Positions 50,749-58,924 of a stretch of 64,000 nt of DNA are shown here, piece by piece. Both the position numbers and the translations under genes were made by a program. Within the stretch, counting starts at the first letter, position 1; every line of letters starts with the position of its first letter. This DNA comes from Bacteroidales bacterium (lineage in GTDB: Bacteria > Bacteroidota > Bacteroidia > Bacteroidales > UBA932): contig CAXXPC010000033.1 in the NCBI GenBank assembly GCA_963678025.2, positions 7,661-71,660 of the forward strand. Reading direction: 5' to 3'. A model generated the notes under the pieces. That model had not been told where the DNA came from. It worked only from the letters and a program-made list of their open reading frames with translations, and made no database searches.

Positions 50749-50771
50749 TTGCCAGAAAGAACGGCGTTAAA
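50749..50771. repeat. Family B right end
   Basis: ttgccagaaagaacggcgttaaa; its last base is the A of the next ATG. Confidence 0.85.
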
Positions 50772-51475
50772 TGGAGTGGTTACAATCTTTAGTAGATGCA
50801 TATAAAAATGATTTGCCTGTATTGGCAGCTTTTGTGCTTGGTTTGATGACAGCGATCAGTCCATGTCCTCTTGCGACAAATATTACGGCTACTGCTTATC
50901 TGAGCAAGAATTTGGGCAGCAAGCACAAGGTGCTGTTGAGTGGTGCTTTTTACACTCTTGGCCGTATGTTTACTTATACTGCACTTGGTCTTCTGTTTTA
51001 TTTCGGAGCAAGTCAGTTCAAGGTGACGAGGTTGATTCAGGGTATCGGAGGTTTATGGCTGGGGGTGGCTCTTGTTGTTGCAGGTATATTAATGCTGGAT
51101 GTTATAAAATTTAGAATTCCTTTGTTGGACAAGTTGGCACCTAAGGTTGACGAGGAGAAGCGTCGGAGTGGATATTGGAATGCTTTTGTTATGGGAGTTG
51201 CATTTGCTCTTGCTTTCTGCCCGTTTAGTGGTGTGCTTTACTTTGCAGTATTGATCCCTATGACACTGGCCTCTCCGGCAGGGCTTTTATTACCTCCGGT
51301 TTTCTCTGTGGCCACCGGGCTGCCTGTTATTGTAATCTCGTATCTGCTGGCTTACAGCATGGCCAATATTGGTAGGTTTTATAACAGTATGCAGAGTTTT
51401 GAGAAGTGGTTCAAACGTATTGTTGCAGCGGTGTTTATTGTTGTAGGAGTCTACTACATAGTGATTTATTTTTAG
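50771..51475 (+). CDS. CcdA/DsbD-like membrane protein, ArsG family
   Basis: LGLMTAISPCPLATNI, YTLGR and FALAFCP. Confidence 0.82.
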   Translation: MEWLQSLVDAYKNDLPVLAAFVLGLMTAISPCPLATNITATAYLSKNLGSKHKVLLSGAFYTLGRMFTYTALGLLFYFGASQFKVTRLIQGIGGLWLGVALVVAGILMLDVIKFRIPLLDKLAPKVDEEKRRSGYWNAFVMGVAFALAFCPFSGVLYFAVLIPMTLASPAGLLLPPVFSVATGLPVIVISYLLAYSMANIGRFYNSMQSFEKWFKRIVAAVFIVVGVYYIVIYF

Positions 51476-51531
51476 AAGAGAGTATCATATATAATGATGA
51501 ATTGTCGAAAATACTTCATCGATGTAATTAA

Positions 51532-51631
51532 TTGATAAATAGTTTGTTGCCAGAAATTCAGGCGTTGAAAAACTGTTTTGATGCAAGTGGTTGATAAATA
51601 GTTTGTTGCCAGAAATTCAGGCGTTGAAAAA
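51532..51631. repeat. Two tandem family B right ends (59-bp period)
   Basis: ttgccagaaattcaggcgttgaa at 51547-51569 and 51606-51628. Confidence 0.85.
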
Positions 51632-51640
51632 AGTAAAATT

Positions 51641-51880
51641 ATGGAAATTAAAATTTTAGGGACTGGATGTCCAAAGTGTAAAACAACTCAAGATGTTGTT
51701 GAAAGGGTGCTTGCTGATAATGGTATTGAGGCAAGGGTTATAAAGGTGGATGATATGATGGATATCATGAATTATAATGTTGTGGCTACTCCTGCGGTTG
51801 TGGTGGATGAGGTTGTGAAGATAAAGGGTAGGGTGCCGTCTGAGAAAGAGGTGAAGGTGGCTCTGGGTTTAAAAGTGTGA
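51641..51880 (+). CDS. Small redox-active disulfide protein (MTH895/ArsE-like thioredoxin)
   Basis: MEIKILGTGCPKC ... TPAVVVD ... GRVP. Confidence 0.9.
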   Translation: MEIKILGTGCPKCKTTQDVVERVLADNGIEARVIKVDDMMDIMNYNVVATPAVVVDEVVKIKGRVPSEKEVKVALGLKV

Positions 51881-51928
51881 ATTTAGGTGACTGATTTAGT
51901 TATTAGTTTATTTTGAAGATTTTAGGTT

Positions 51929-53272
51929 ATGGAGTTGAAAAAAGAGTTTAGGTTTTTGTTGTGGCTGGTAGTGGGGTTTGTTGCAATATTTTTCATGCCT
52001 GTGGGCAATGAAACTTTTATGACTGCAGTTGCTGCTACACTGGATCTCTCGAAGTGGTATGCACAGGAGCATGTTATTTTGTGTCTGTTACCGGCTTTTT
52101 TTATTGCAGGTGTAATATCTATTTTTGTTAGTCAAGGTGCAGTTCTTAAGTACTTTGGGGCAAATGCGAAAAAATGGATTGCCTATTCTGTTGCTAGTGT
52201 TTCAGGTGCGATACTGGCTGTTTGTTCTTGTACTATTCTTCCGCTTTTCTCCAGTATTTATAAGCGTGGAGCGGGTTTAGGCCCGGCTGTGGCTTTTCTC
52301 TATTCGGGACCTGCTATCAGTATTTTGTCTATAATTCTTACAGCAAGAATTTTAGGTGTAGAGTTCGGTGTGGCGAGAACAATAGGGGCAGTAAGTTTTT
52401 CTATTGTTATCGGGTTGGTTATGTCTTTTATCTACCGAAAAGAGGAGAAGGCTAAAAGGGAGGAGCAGATGAATTTTCCCAATATGCCGGAGAAAAGACC
52501 TATGAGTCAGACATCATTCCATTTCTTTACTTTGGTGGCTATTCTCGTTTTTGCCAACTGGGGTGCTCCTGCCGCCAACGATACTTCCAGCCTGTGGTAT
52601 TATATCTACTCTTACAAGTGGTTTATTACCGGCTTTTTCGGGTTGATGCTGGGTTATTCATTAATCAGGATTCTCAGGATAAAGTGGCAGTGGGTTGTCC
52701 TCGGAGCTTTTGCAACTCTGATTTCTGCATTACTGTCCAATGTTTTTGTGGAGAATAAGGTTTTTGTGCCTTTGATTCCTATGGTAGTTGGTATTATCTC
52801 TCTGAGTTTAGTAACTCTGTTTGACAAGCGTGATGAGGACAACAAGGAGTGGACTTTAAGTGCCTGGGGTTTTGCAAAGCAGATTATGCCTTTGTTGGCT
52901 GTTGGTGTGGTTACTGCAGGTTTTCTGCTGGGATCTACTCACGGTGATACATCTATTCCCGGGATTGTTCCGAATGAGTGGGTAGCGTGGGCTGTTGGAG
53001 GAAATTCTTTAATGTCAAATGTTTTTGCAAGTATAGTGGGTGCATTCATGTATTTCGCTACTCTCACAGAAGTGCCTATTATTCAAGGGCTTTTGGCTTC
53101 CGGTATGGGGCATGGGCCTGCTCTTGCTCTGTTGCTTGCCGGTCCATCACTGTCTCTGCCTAATATGCTTGTAATTCACGGGGTTATGGGGACAAAGAAA
53201 ACTGTGGTTTATGTTCTTCTTGTGATGATTATGGCTACGATATCAGGAATGGTATTCGGGACTTTTTATTAA
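51929..53272 (+). CDS. ArsP-family (DUF318) permease
   Basis: LAVCSCTILPLF, GAGLGPA.AFLYSGPAI, MYFATLTEVPI and LLAGPSLSLP. Confidence 0.88.
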   Translation: MELKKEFRFLLWLVVGFVAIFFMPVGNETFMTAVAATLDLSKWYAQEHVILCLLPAFFIAGVISIFVSQGAVLKYFGANAKKWIAYSVASVSGAILAVCSCTILPLFSSIYKRGAGLGPAVAFLYSGPAISILSIILTARILGVEFGVARTIGAVSFSIVIGLVMSFIYRKEEKAKREEQMNFPNMPEKRPMSQTSFHFFTLVAILVFANWGAPAANDTSSLWYYIYSYKWFITGFFGLMLGYSLIRILRIKWQWVVLGAFATLISALLSNVFVENKVFVPLIPMVVGIISLSLVTLFDKRDEDNKEWTLSAWGFAKQIMPLLAVGVVTAGFLLGSTHGDTSIPGIVPNEWVAWAVGGNSLMSNVFASIVGAFMYFATLTEVPIIQGLLASGMGHGPALALLLAGPSLSLPNMLVIHGVMGTKKTVVYVLLVMIMATISGMVFGTFY

Positions 53273-53294
53273 TAACAGAAAGAACGGCGTTAAA
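53272..53294. repeat. Family B right end at the ars/glucan-locus junction
   Basis: ataacagaaagaacggcgttaaa spans from the permease stop to the convergent gene's stop. Confidence 0.75.
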
Positions 53295-53865
53295 TATCGT
53301 TTAGGAAAGTATAAAGATCTACTTCATGACTAATATTTAGTTTTTTTCTTAGTCTGGAGCGACTAACATTTATACTGGAGGGGAGAATCCTTAATATTTC
53401 TGACATCTCTTTTGATGTCAGGCCTATTTTTAAATATGCACATAGTCTTAATTCGTAGATTGATAGATTGGGATATGAGTTCTTCATCTTTTTGAAAAAA
53501 TCTTGATGGATTTCATCCATCTGGATTTCGAATGTTTTATTATCAATTTCCAGATATTCGTCTAACATTCTTTTTATTTCTCTTAGTCTGTAGTGCAGAA
53601 TATTGGGATTCTTCTCTCCGTCTTCTATCTTTTCCCTTATTATATTTAGTAATCTCAATTTATTATCATCTTCCTTGGCCTTTACAGCTAACTCAATTGT
53701 TTTTTCTTTGATAAGATCAGCTAGTCTCTTTCTCTCCAAAGCAAGTACCTCTTTCTCTTGTTTAAAATATGATAGACTTTTATGCCTATTTTTCTTTATG
53801 AGAAAAAGCATATATATAGCTATCAATAATGTAATTATGATAGATAATATAGAAAACAGGTCCAT
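53290..53865 (-). CDS. Membrane-anchored LuxR-type HTH regulator
   Basis: N-terminal TM, coiled coil and YPNLS..ELRLCAYLKIGLTSKEM...SINVSRSRLRKKL. Confidence 0.85.
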   Translation of the reverse strand: MDLFSILSIIITLLIAIYMLFLIKKNRHKSLSYFKQEKEVLALERKRLADLIKEKTIELAVKAKEDDNKLRLLNIIREKIEDGEKNPNILHYRLREIKRMLDEYLEIDNKTFEIQMDEIHQDFFKKMKNSYPNLSIYELRLCAYLKIGLTSKEMSEILRILPSSINVSRSRLRKKLNISHEVDLYTFLNDI

Positions 53866-53876
53866 ATATCAGTAGG

Positions 53877-54773
53877 TTAATATTTTAAAATGCCATTTGA
53901 ATCAAAAATACCCCAATAAGCCCCGACATCTCCCTCTGTATCCTTTTTCCAACTCTCATCATGTGATGAAAAATAAAAGCATTCTACTCCCTCATCCATA
54001 GCCCATAGATATGTATTAATAAAATATTCCATAGCATTTGCCTTGGATGGAATTGCTCCATTCATGGCCTCACCGGCACTAGGCCAACCTGTCTCGGATA
54101 TAATTACTCTTTTGCCTTTAGCTGCCTCATGAACTTTGTTGTACATCTCTTTTAGGTAGCCATGGGATCTTTCAAAAGGACAACTTTCCCAAAATGGATA
54201 ACAATTCGCCAATATAATGTCACAATGCTCTGTAATTTTAGGTCTGTCTACAAATTCATAGTAGGCATCAACATATCCTACAGGGATGTTGGGTATTTCT
54301 TTTTTAAATCTGATTAAATACTCAATTAATTCATCCTCTTCTAACTCTTTTCTATATAAAACCTCATTGCCAATTGCTGCAATATCTACGTAGCCTTTTT
54401 TTGCAAGTTGTATTAAAGCAGAGATTTCTTCTTCATTTCTCTCTTTTTCCTTACTCAACCAGGCACCTGCTAAGGTCTTAATCCCTAATGCCTTGGCTTC
54501 AACAGGTATATTCTCGTTTCCGTTAGTGCATGAAAAAGATCTTACCCACTCGGTAAATGGAGATAATTTTATTAATCTGTTATTAATCTGAGAGGCTGTT
54601 ATGATATCTCCCGGTTTTTGTCCCTCCTCATATGTGGAGAAGCAGAGTCCGTGGAGTTTGCCGTAAAGAATCTCTAAAAAGATATCTCTCTTCTCATCAA
54701 ATGTTTTGTCTTTCAAATAATAATTAGAATCAAGATTTTGTAATGACAAGTATTTTTCTACTCTATAAGACAT
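53877..54773 (-). CDS. GH17 beta-1,3-glucanase/glucosidase
   Basis: AIGNEVL, NCYPFWE, ISETGWPS, DESWK and WGIFD. Confidence 0.9.
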   Translation of the reverse strand: MSYRVEKYLSLQNLDSNYYLKDKTFDEKRDIFLEILYGKLHGLCFSTYEEGQKPGDIITASQINNRLIKLSPFTEWVRSFSCTNGNENIPVEAKALGIKTLAGAWLSKEKERNEEEISALIQLAKKGYVDIAAIGNEVLYRKELEEDELIEYLIRFKKEIPNIPVGYVDAYYEFVDRPKITEHCDIILANCYPFWESCPFERSHGYLKEMYNKVHEAAKGKRVIISETGWPSAGEAMNGAIPSKANAMEYFINTYLWAMDEGVECFYFSSHDESWKKDTEGDVGAYWGIFDSNGILKY

Positions 54774-54794
54774 TGTATTTTAAATTAAATTATT

Positions 54795-56231
54795 TTATAA
54801 CTTTCCTCTTCTCTTTATGAGCTCTTGCTTAATTTTATCAACTTTTTCTTCTGATAAATTATATTTCCACATTACAATTATAGCCAAAAAAGCGGTAAAG
54901 GAAGGAATTAGGATATCTGCAATCCTTAAATTTGTTATGGTTTCAACAGATTGAGAAACGCTATTTTGATCGAAACCAACAACTTTTAATACCCAACCAC
55001 CAAGAACCAGAGCCAACCCTTGTCCCAGTTTCACCATCCACCAATATATGGCGCCAAATGTTCCCTCTTTTCTGGGCATTCCATTCTCCAATTCATCTAA
55101 ATCACACACATCTGCGGTCATGCTCATCATTAGAGTAAACAGTCCGCCAATACCAAAGGCCATAAGAGGAATCGGCATAAATATCAGCCATGGATTATCA
55201 GGGTTAAATCCCCACCATTTTAGGATGTAACCGAAAATTGAAATTATTGTAGAGATAATAAAAGCATTTTTCTTTCCATAACGGGAGGATAATTTTGCAA
55301 TTACAGGAATTACCAAAAATGCAGTAGTAAATGCGCTTACAGCAGAAAACCAAGCAGGCCAATTCCCAGTATCTCCATAGTTGCCATCAAACATGTAGAA
55401 AACAATAATAAAATAGCTGAATGAGGCTACCATCTGGAAACCATTAAATACTAAAAAAGTAGCCCCACATAATCTCATAAAGGAGCTGTTCCTGGAAATT
55501 TTGCTAATATTTCTAAAGAGTTCACCTAAATTTCGGAAGATGTTTTTTAATGAAAGGTCTACTCTGTTTTCAATATTTGTCTGATCTATCTCTTTACAAA
55601 AAATAGCAGGGAGGATACCTAGTATAATGCATGAAAAACCAATTATATATGATAATTTTCTTACTCCTTCTGCTTGATTGGAAAACAGATCCGGATCTGC
55701 AATAATAACCCAAAACCATGGTACAATCATCCAGGCAATTTGCCCTATTGTTTGGGAGAAGGCCATTAGCTTTGTTCTTTCATTGTAATCTGATGACATT
55801 TCATATCCCAAACCAATGAGTGGTGTGGAAAACATTGTATTACCCGTCAGGTAAATTAAAGAAATTATCAAAAAATACCAGAAGTTGTAGCTTTGAGTAT
55901 TTTCCGGGTCCATTTGCCAAAGAATAATAAACATTATTCCACTGAAGATGGCTCCGGCAAATATATACTGTTTCCTTCTTCCCCACCTGGATTTTGAATT
56001 GTCAGAGATGAAACCCATGATAGGATCTGTGATTGCGTCGTAGATTCTTGGTAGTCCTCCCAATAATCCTGCAAGAAAGGGATCCATGCCGAATGCTGTG
56101 AGTAGGAAAAACATAAAAACACCCAATGATCCAGGTAGTAGATTGTTTACCAAATGACCTGCCCCAAATGCGGCTTTCTCGATAAAAGGTATTTTATCTT
56201 TAGATTCTACGGATGATTTTGAAGTTGTCAT
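54795..56231 (-). CDS. MFS/GPH-family sugar transporter
   Basis: DAITDPIMG.ISDN..SRWGRR, EMSSDYNERT and ADVCDLDEL..G..RKEG. Confidence 0.93.
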   Translation of the reverse strand: MTTSKSSVESKDKIPFIEKAAFGAGHLVNNLLPGSLGVFMFFLLTAFGMDPFLAGLLGGLPRIYDAITDPIMGFISDNSKSRWGRRKQYIFAGAIFSGIMFIILWQMDPENTQSYNFWYFLIISLIYLTGNTMFSTPLIGLGYEMSSDYNERTKLMAFSQTIGQIAWMIVPWFWVIIADPDLFSNQAEGVRKLSYIIGFSCIILGILPAIFCKEIDQTNIENRVDLSLKNIFRNLGELFRNISKISRNSSFMRLCGATFLVFNGFQMVASFSYFIIVFYMFDGNYGDTGNWPAWFSAVSAFTTAFLVIPVIAKLSSRYGKKNAFIISTIISIFGYILKWWGFNPDNPWLIFMPIPLMAFGIGGLFTLMMSMTADVCDLDELENGMPRKEGTFGAIYWWMVKLGQGLALVLGGWVLKVVGFDQNSVSQSVETITNLRIADILIPSFTAFLAIIVMWKYNLSEEKVDKIKQELIKRRGKL

Positions 56232-56287
56232 ATTAAAGTATTTTAAGCAGCATTAAAAACTATCTATTTATTTATCTAACTATTTGT

Positions 56288-57805
56288 CTATTTCTGTCTC
56301 TCCGGTTTTAGTAATATTGTTTGAATAGCCTCTTTGCTGATTGTTGATTTTATATTCACTCCATTTATATATAGAGAGAGTTCTTTAGGAAGTTCCGTTG
56401 GATTAAAAACAATAATTACAACGGAATTATCGTAATTTTGGGCTGCTGTTACCATTAAGTCGTTACTGCTTGTTTTTGAGTTTACTCTGTATGAATTGGG
56501 TCTGATATATTTACTAAAATGGGTCATTATATAGTAAAGGGGAGTGAAGTATACCGAGTCTCTGTGTTCATCGACTATAACAGGTGCAACACACCAGTTT
56601 TCAAACCAGTTTGGACCACCTTCTCTATTCAACACCATGTTCCAATCTATCCAGCCATTGACATAATTATTCAAACAACCAATAATATCTCTTGCATATC
56701 TAAAAGCCGGAACGTATTTTGGATGTAAGTATTTTTCCTCCTCTCTTGCCCAATCCCATCCCCAATCTGTTGCCTCTTTGCTCCAATACCATTTATCGTC
56801 ATTCCAGTGAGGGATTTCGGAATCTATGCACGCTTCTGTCTGGATAATCATTTTGGAGGGGGCTGTGTAATGAGCATACTGTAACTCTTCAGGAAAGAAA
56901 TCATATGTACTCTCATACCAATGTATGGCAATGCCTGAAAAATATTCTGATGAAATAGAATCCCGGTACATTTCATCCACCCACTTCTTGAGATCTGCTC
57001 TATTTTGATCGTAGCCCAAAATATTTACCGTACTCATTCCATCTTTCTCTAATCTTGGCCCTAAATAATTTGATACAAAGTCTGTCATCTCTTTTGGTGT
57101 GAATAGCATGCTTTCCCAATTATTGCCATTGCCATGAGGCTCATTAATTACTGTTATTCCCCAGATATCAATACCTTGTTTTTTATATGCATTTATGTAT
57201 TTAGAGTAAAAAAGAGCCCAGGTTTCATTATATATAGCATTCAATTTTCCGCCTACCCAAGATTTGTTGTCTTTCATCCAAGGTGGGGCAGTCCAGGGGG
57301 AAGATATTATTTTAAATCCCTCTTTAGATATTTCTTGTGCATCTTTTATCATTGGAATGATATCTTCCATATCCTCTTGAATTGAGAAATGCTCCAGAGT
57401 CATGTCATTTTCTATGGGAGCATATGTGTAGTGATTTAAAGAGAAGTCACAAGAGTTCATGTGAGTTCTTGTTAATGAGTAGTTGGCTCCATCTTCGCCA
57501 AAATAGGCCTTCAGGATCAATCTTCTGTTTTTACGGCTAAGCTTATTTAGTAAATAGGCAGAACTCTCTGTGAAGGAGCCACCAAATCCAATAATCTGTT
57601 GATATTTTATATTAGTATCTATCTCGATGAGAATGGGGTCTTCTAAGATATCTGATGTTTTTATTTTTTGAAATTTATTTCCACCAGATGATGTTTCATA
57701 TATTTCTACTTGATAACTACTGTTGCAACTCATTATGAAACTAATTATCAGTGTCAATCCGATAAGGGATATCACACTTTTCTTTGAGTAATTCAAGGTT
57801 TCCAT
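56288..57805 (-). CDS. GH30 glycoside hydrolase, lipoprotein
   Basis: GFGGSFTE, SCDFS, SPWTAPPWMK, INEP, HWY, QTEAC and WIDWN. Confidence 0.92.
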   Translation of the reverse strand: METLNYSKKSVISLIGLTLIISFIMSCNSSYQVEIYETSSGGNKFQKIKTSDILEDPILIEIDTNIKYQQIIGFGGSFTESSAYLLNKLSRKNRRLILKAYFGEDGANYSLTRTHMNSCDFSLNHYTYAPIENDMTLEHFSIQEDMEDIIPMIKDAQEISKEGFKIISSPWTAPPWMKDNKSWVGGKLNAIYNETWALFYSKYINAYKKQGIDIWGITVINEPHGNGNNWESMLFTPKEMTDFVSNYLGPRLEKDGMSTVNILGYDQNRADLKKWVDEMYRDSISSEYFSGIAIHWYESTYDFFPEELQYAHYTAPSKMIIQTEACIDSEIPHWNDDKWYWSKEATDWGWDWAREEEKYLHPKYVPAFRYARDIIGCLNNYVNGWIDWNMVLNREGGPNWFENWCVAPVIVDEHRDSVYFTPLYYIMTHFSKYIRPNSYRVNSKTSSNDLMVTAAQNYDNSVVIIVFNPTELPKELSLYINGVNIKSTISKEAIQTILLKPERQK

Positions 57806-58907
57806 TATTTGTCATTTGAATTATGTTTTTATCACGAGCTAACCCATCAAAAACACCTTGTTTAGCATAATGCCAAACTGCATATTTTGCCTCCCCTTTT
57901 ACTGTGAAAAGACCAAAGTGATTCTCTGAATTCCCTGCATTAGATGAGTCTTTCCAAGGTTCATCAAATGCTTCAAAAAAGAAACAGGTTATATGCTGAC
58001 TATCTGTCCACTCTTTAATTATTTTATAATATAAGCCTGCTTTATATTCGTCGGCTGCTTTTGAGCCTTCTTGTCCAAACAATTCATTAGAGTAGCTAGC
58101 CCAACCGGTCTCTCCGATATGGACTTCTTTGTTTGCTCCGATGCTATTGACTAATTCACAAACATTATTGTATTTAATCTTGACGTATTCAAGTGCATTA
58201 TTCATAAGTTCACTCAATTGAATACTTTTATCTGAGGAGTGGTCTGTGTAACTTACTCCCCAAAAATGTGGATGATAATAGGTGTCATGCATTGGATATA
58301 TATGAACTGAAATGAAATCCACAGAAGAGATTAGCCGGAAAAGTTCAGGAGTATGATACTCTCCGGAACCGCCACCCCAAGACTCAAAGTTGTCGGAACT
58401 TGTAATCATAATCTCTTTTGAAATTTCACCTTCATTTTTAAGCCTTTGAAAATGATTCACCCATTTTAGAACTATTTTTGGATGTACATAATATTTGGTA
58501 GCCCATTTTACCATAGCCTCGTTGCCGATTGATATTATTTTTATGAATTGAGGGTATTGCTTTGCCAGAGCAATTGCGGTATCAACTTCCAATGCATTTC
58601 TATCGCTTTCCCGGTCATGGATAGGCTCCATTGTAGTCCAGGCATTTTTGCAATCTATCCATACTCCCAACATTACATACATATTGAAGTTGTTGTACCG
58701 ATCAGATAATATTTGAATTGCTTCTAAAATATTATTTATTTCAGGATAATGGACATTATATGTTCTAATAATTTTAATCCCCATTGCGGATAAAATCATA
58801 AGATCTTCAACAATCTGTTCTACTGATGGCTGAATCTCTCGGCTAGAATGTCTATATCCTCCGTAACAGATTGCTTGATAATTTGTGTTTCCTAATATTT
58901 TATGCAA
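57741..58907 (-). CDS. GH17-family glycoside hydrolase; start uncertain (TTG)
   Basis: IRTYN, SIGNEAM, HIGETGWAS, FFFEAFDEPWK and ENHFGLF. Confidence 0.88.
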   Translation of the reverse strand: MHKILGNTNYQAICYGGYRHSSREIQPSVEQIVEDLMILSAMGIKIIRTYNVHYPEINNILEAIQILSDRYNNFNMYVMLGVWIDCKNAWTTMEPIHDRESDRNALEVDTAIALAKQYPQFIKIISIGNEAMVKWATKYYVHPKIVLKWVNHFQRLKNEGEISKEIMITSSDNFESWGGGSGEYHTPELFRLISSVDFISVHIYPMHDTYYHPHFWGVSYTDHSSDKSIQLSELMNNALEYVKIKYNNVCELVNSIGANKEVHIGETGWASYSNELFGQEGSKAADEYKAGLYYKIIKEWTDSQHITCFFFEAFDEPWKDSSNAGNSENHFGLFTVKGEAKYAVWHYAKQGVFDGLARDKNIIQMTNNGNLELLKEKCDIPYRIDTDN

Positions 58908-58924
58908 AAGCTAAAGTTTATAAT

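Noticed and set aside
48928..53294. Classical integron with attC sites
   Set aside because: No IntI tyrosine recombinase in the window and no RYYYAAC/GTTRRRY boxes; the repeats match those flanking the RAYT.
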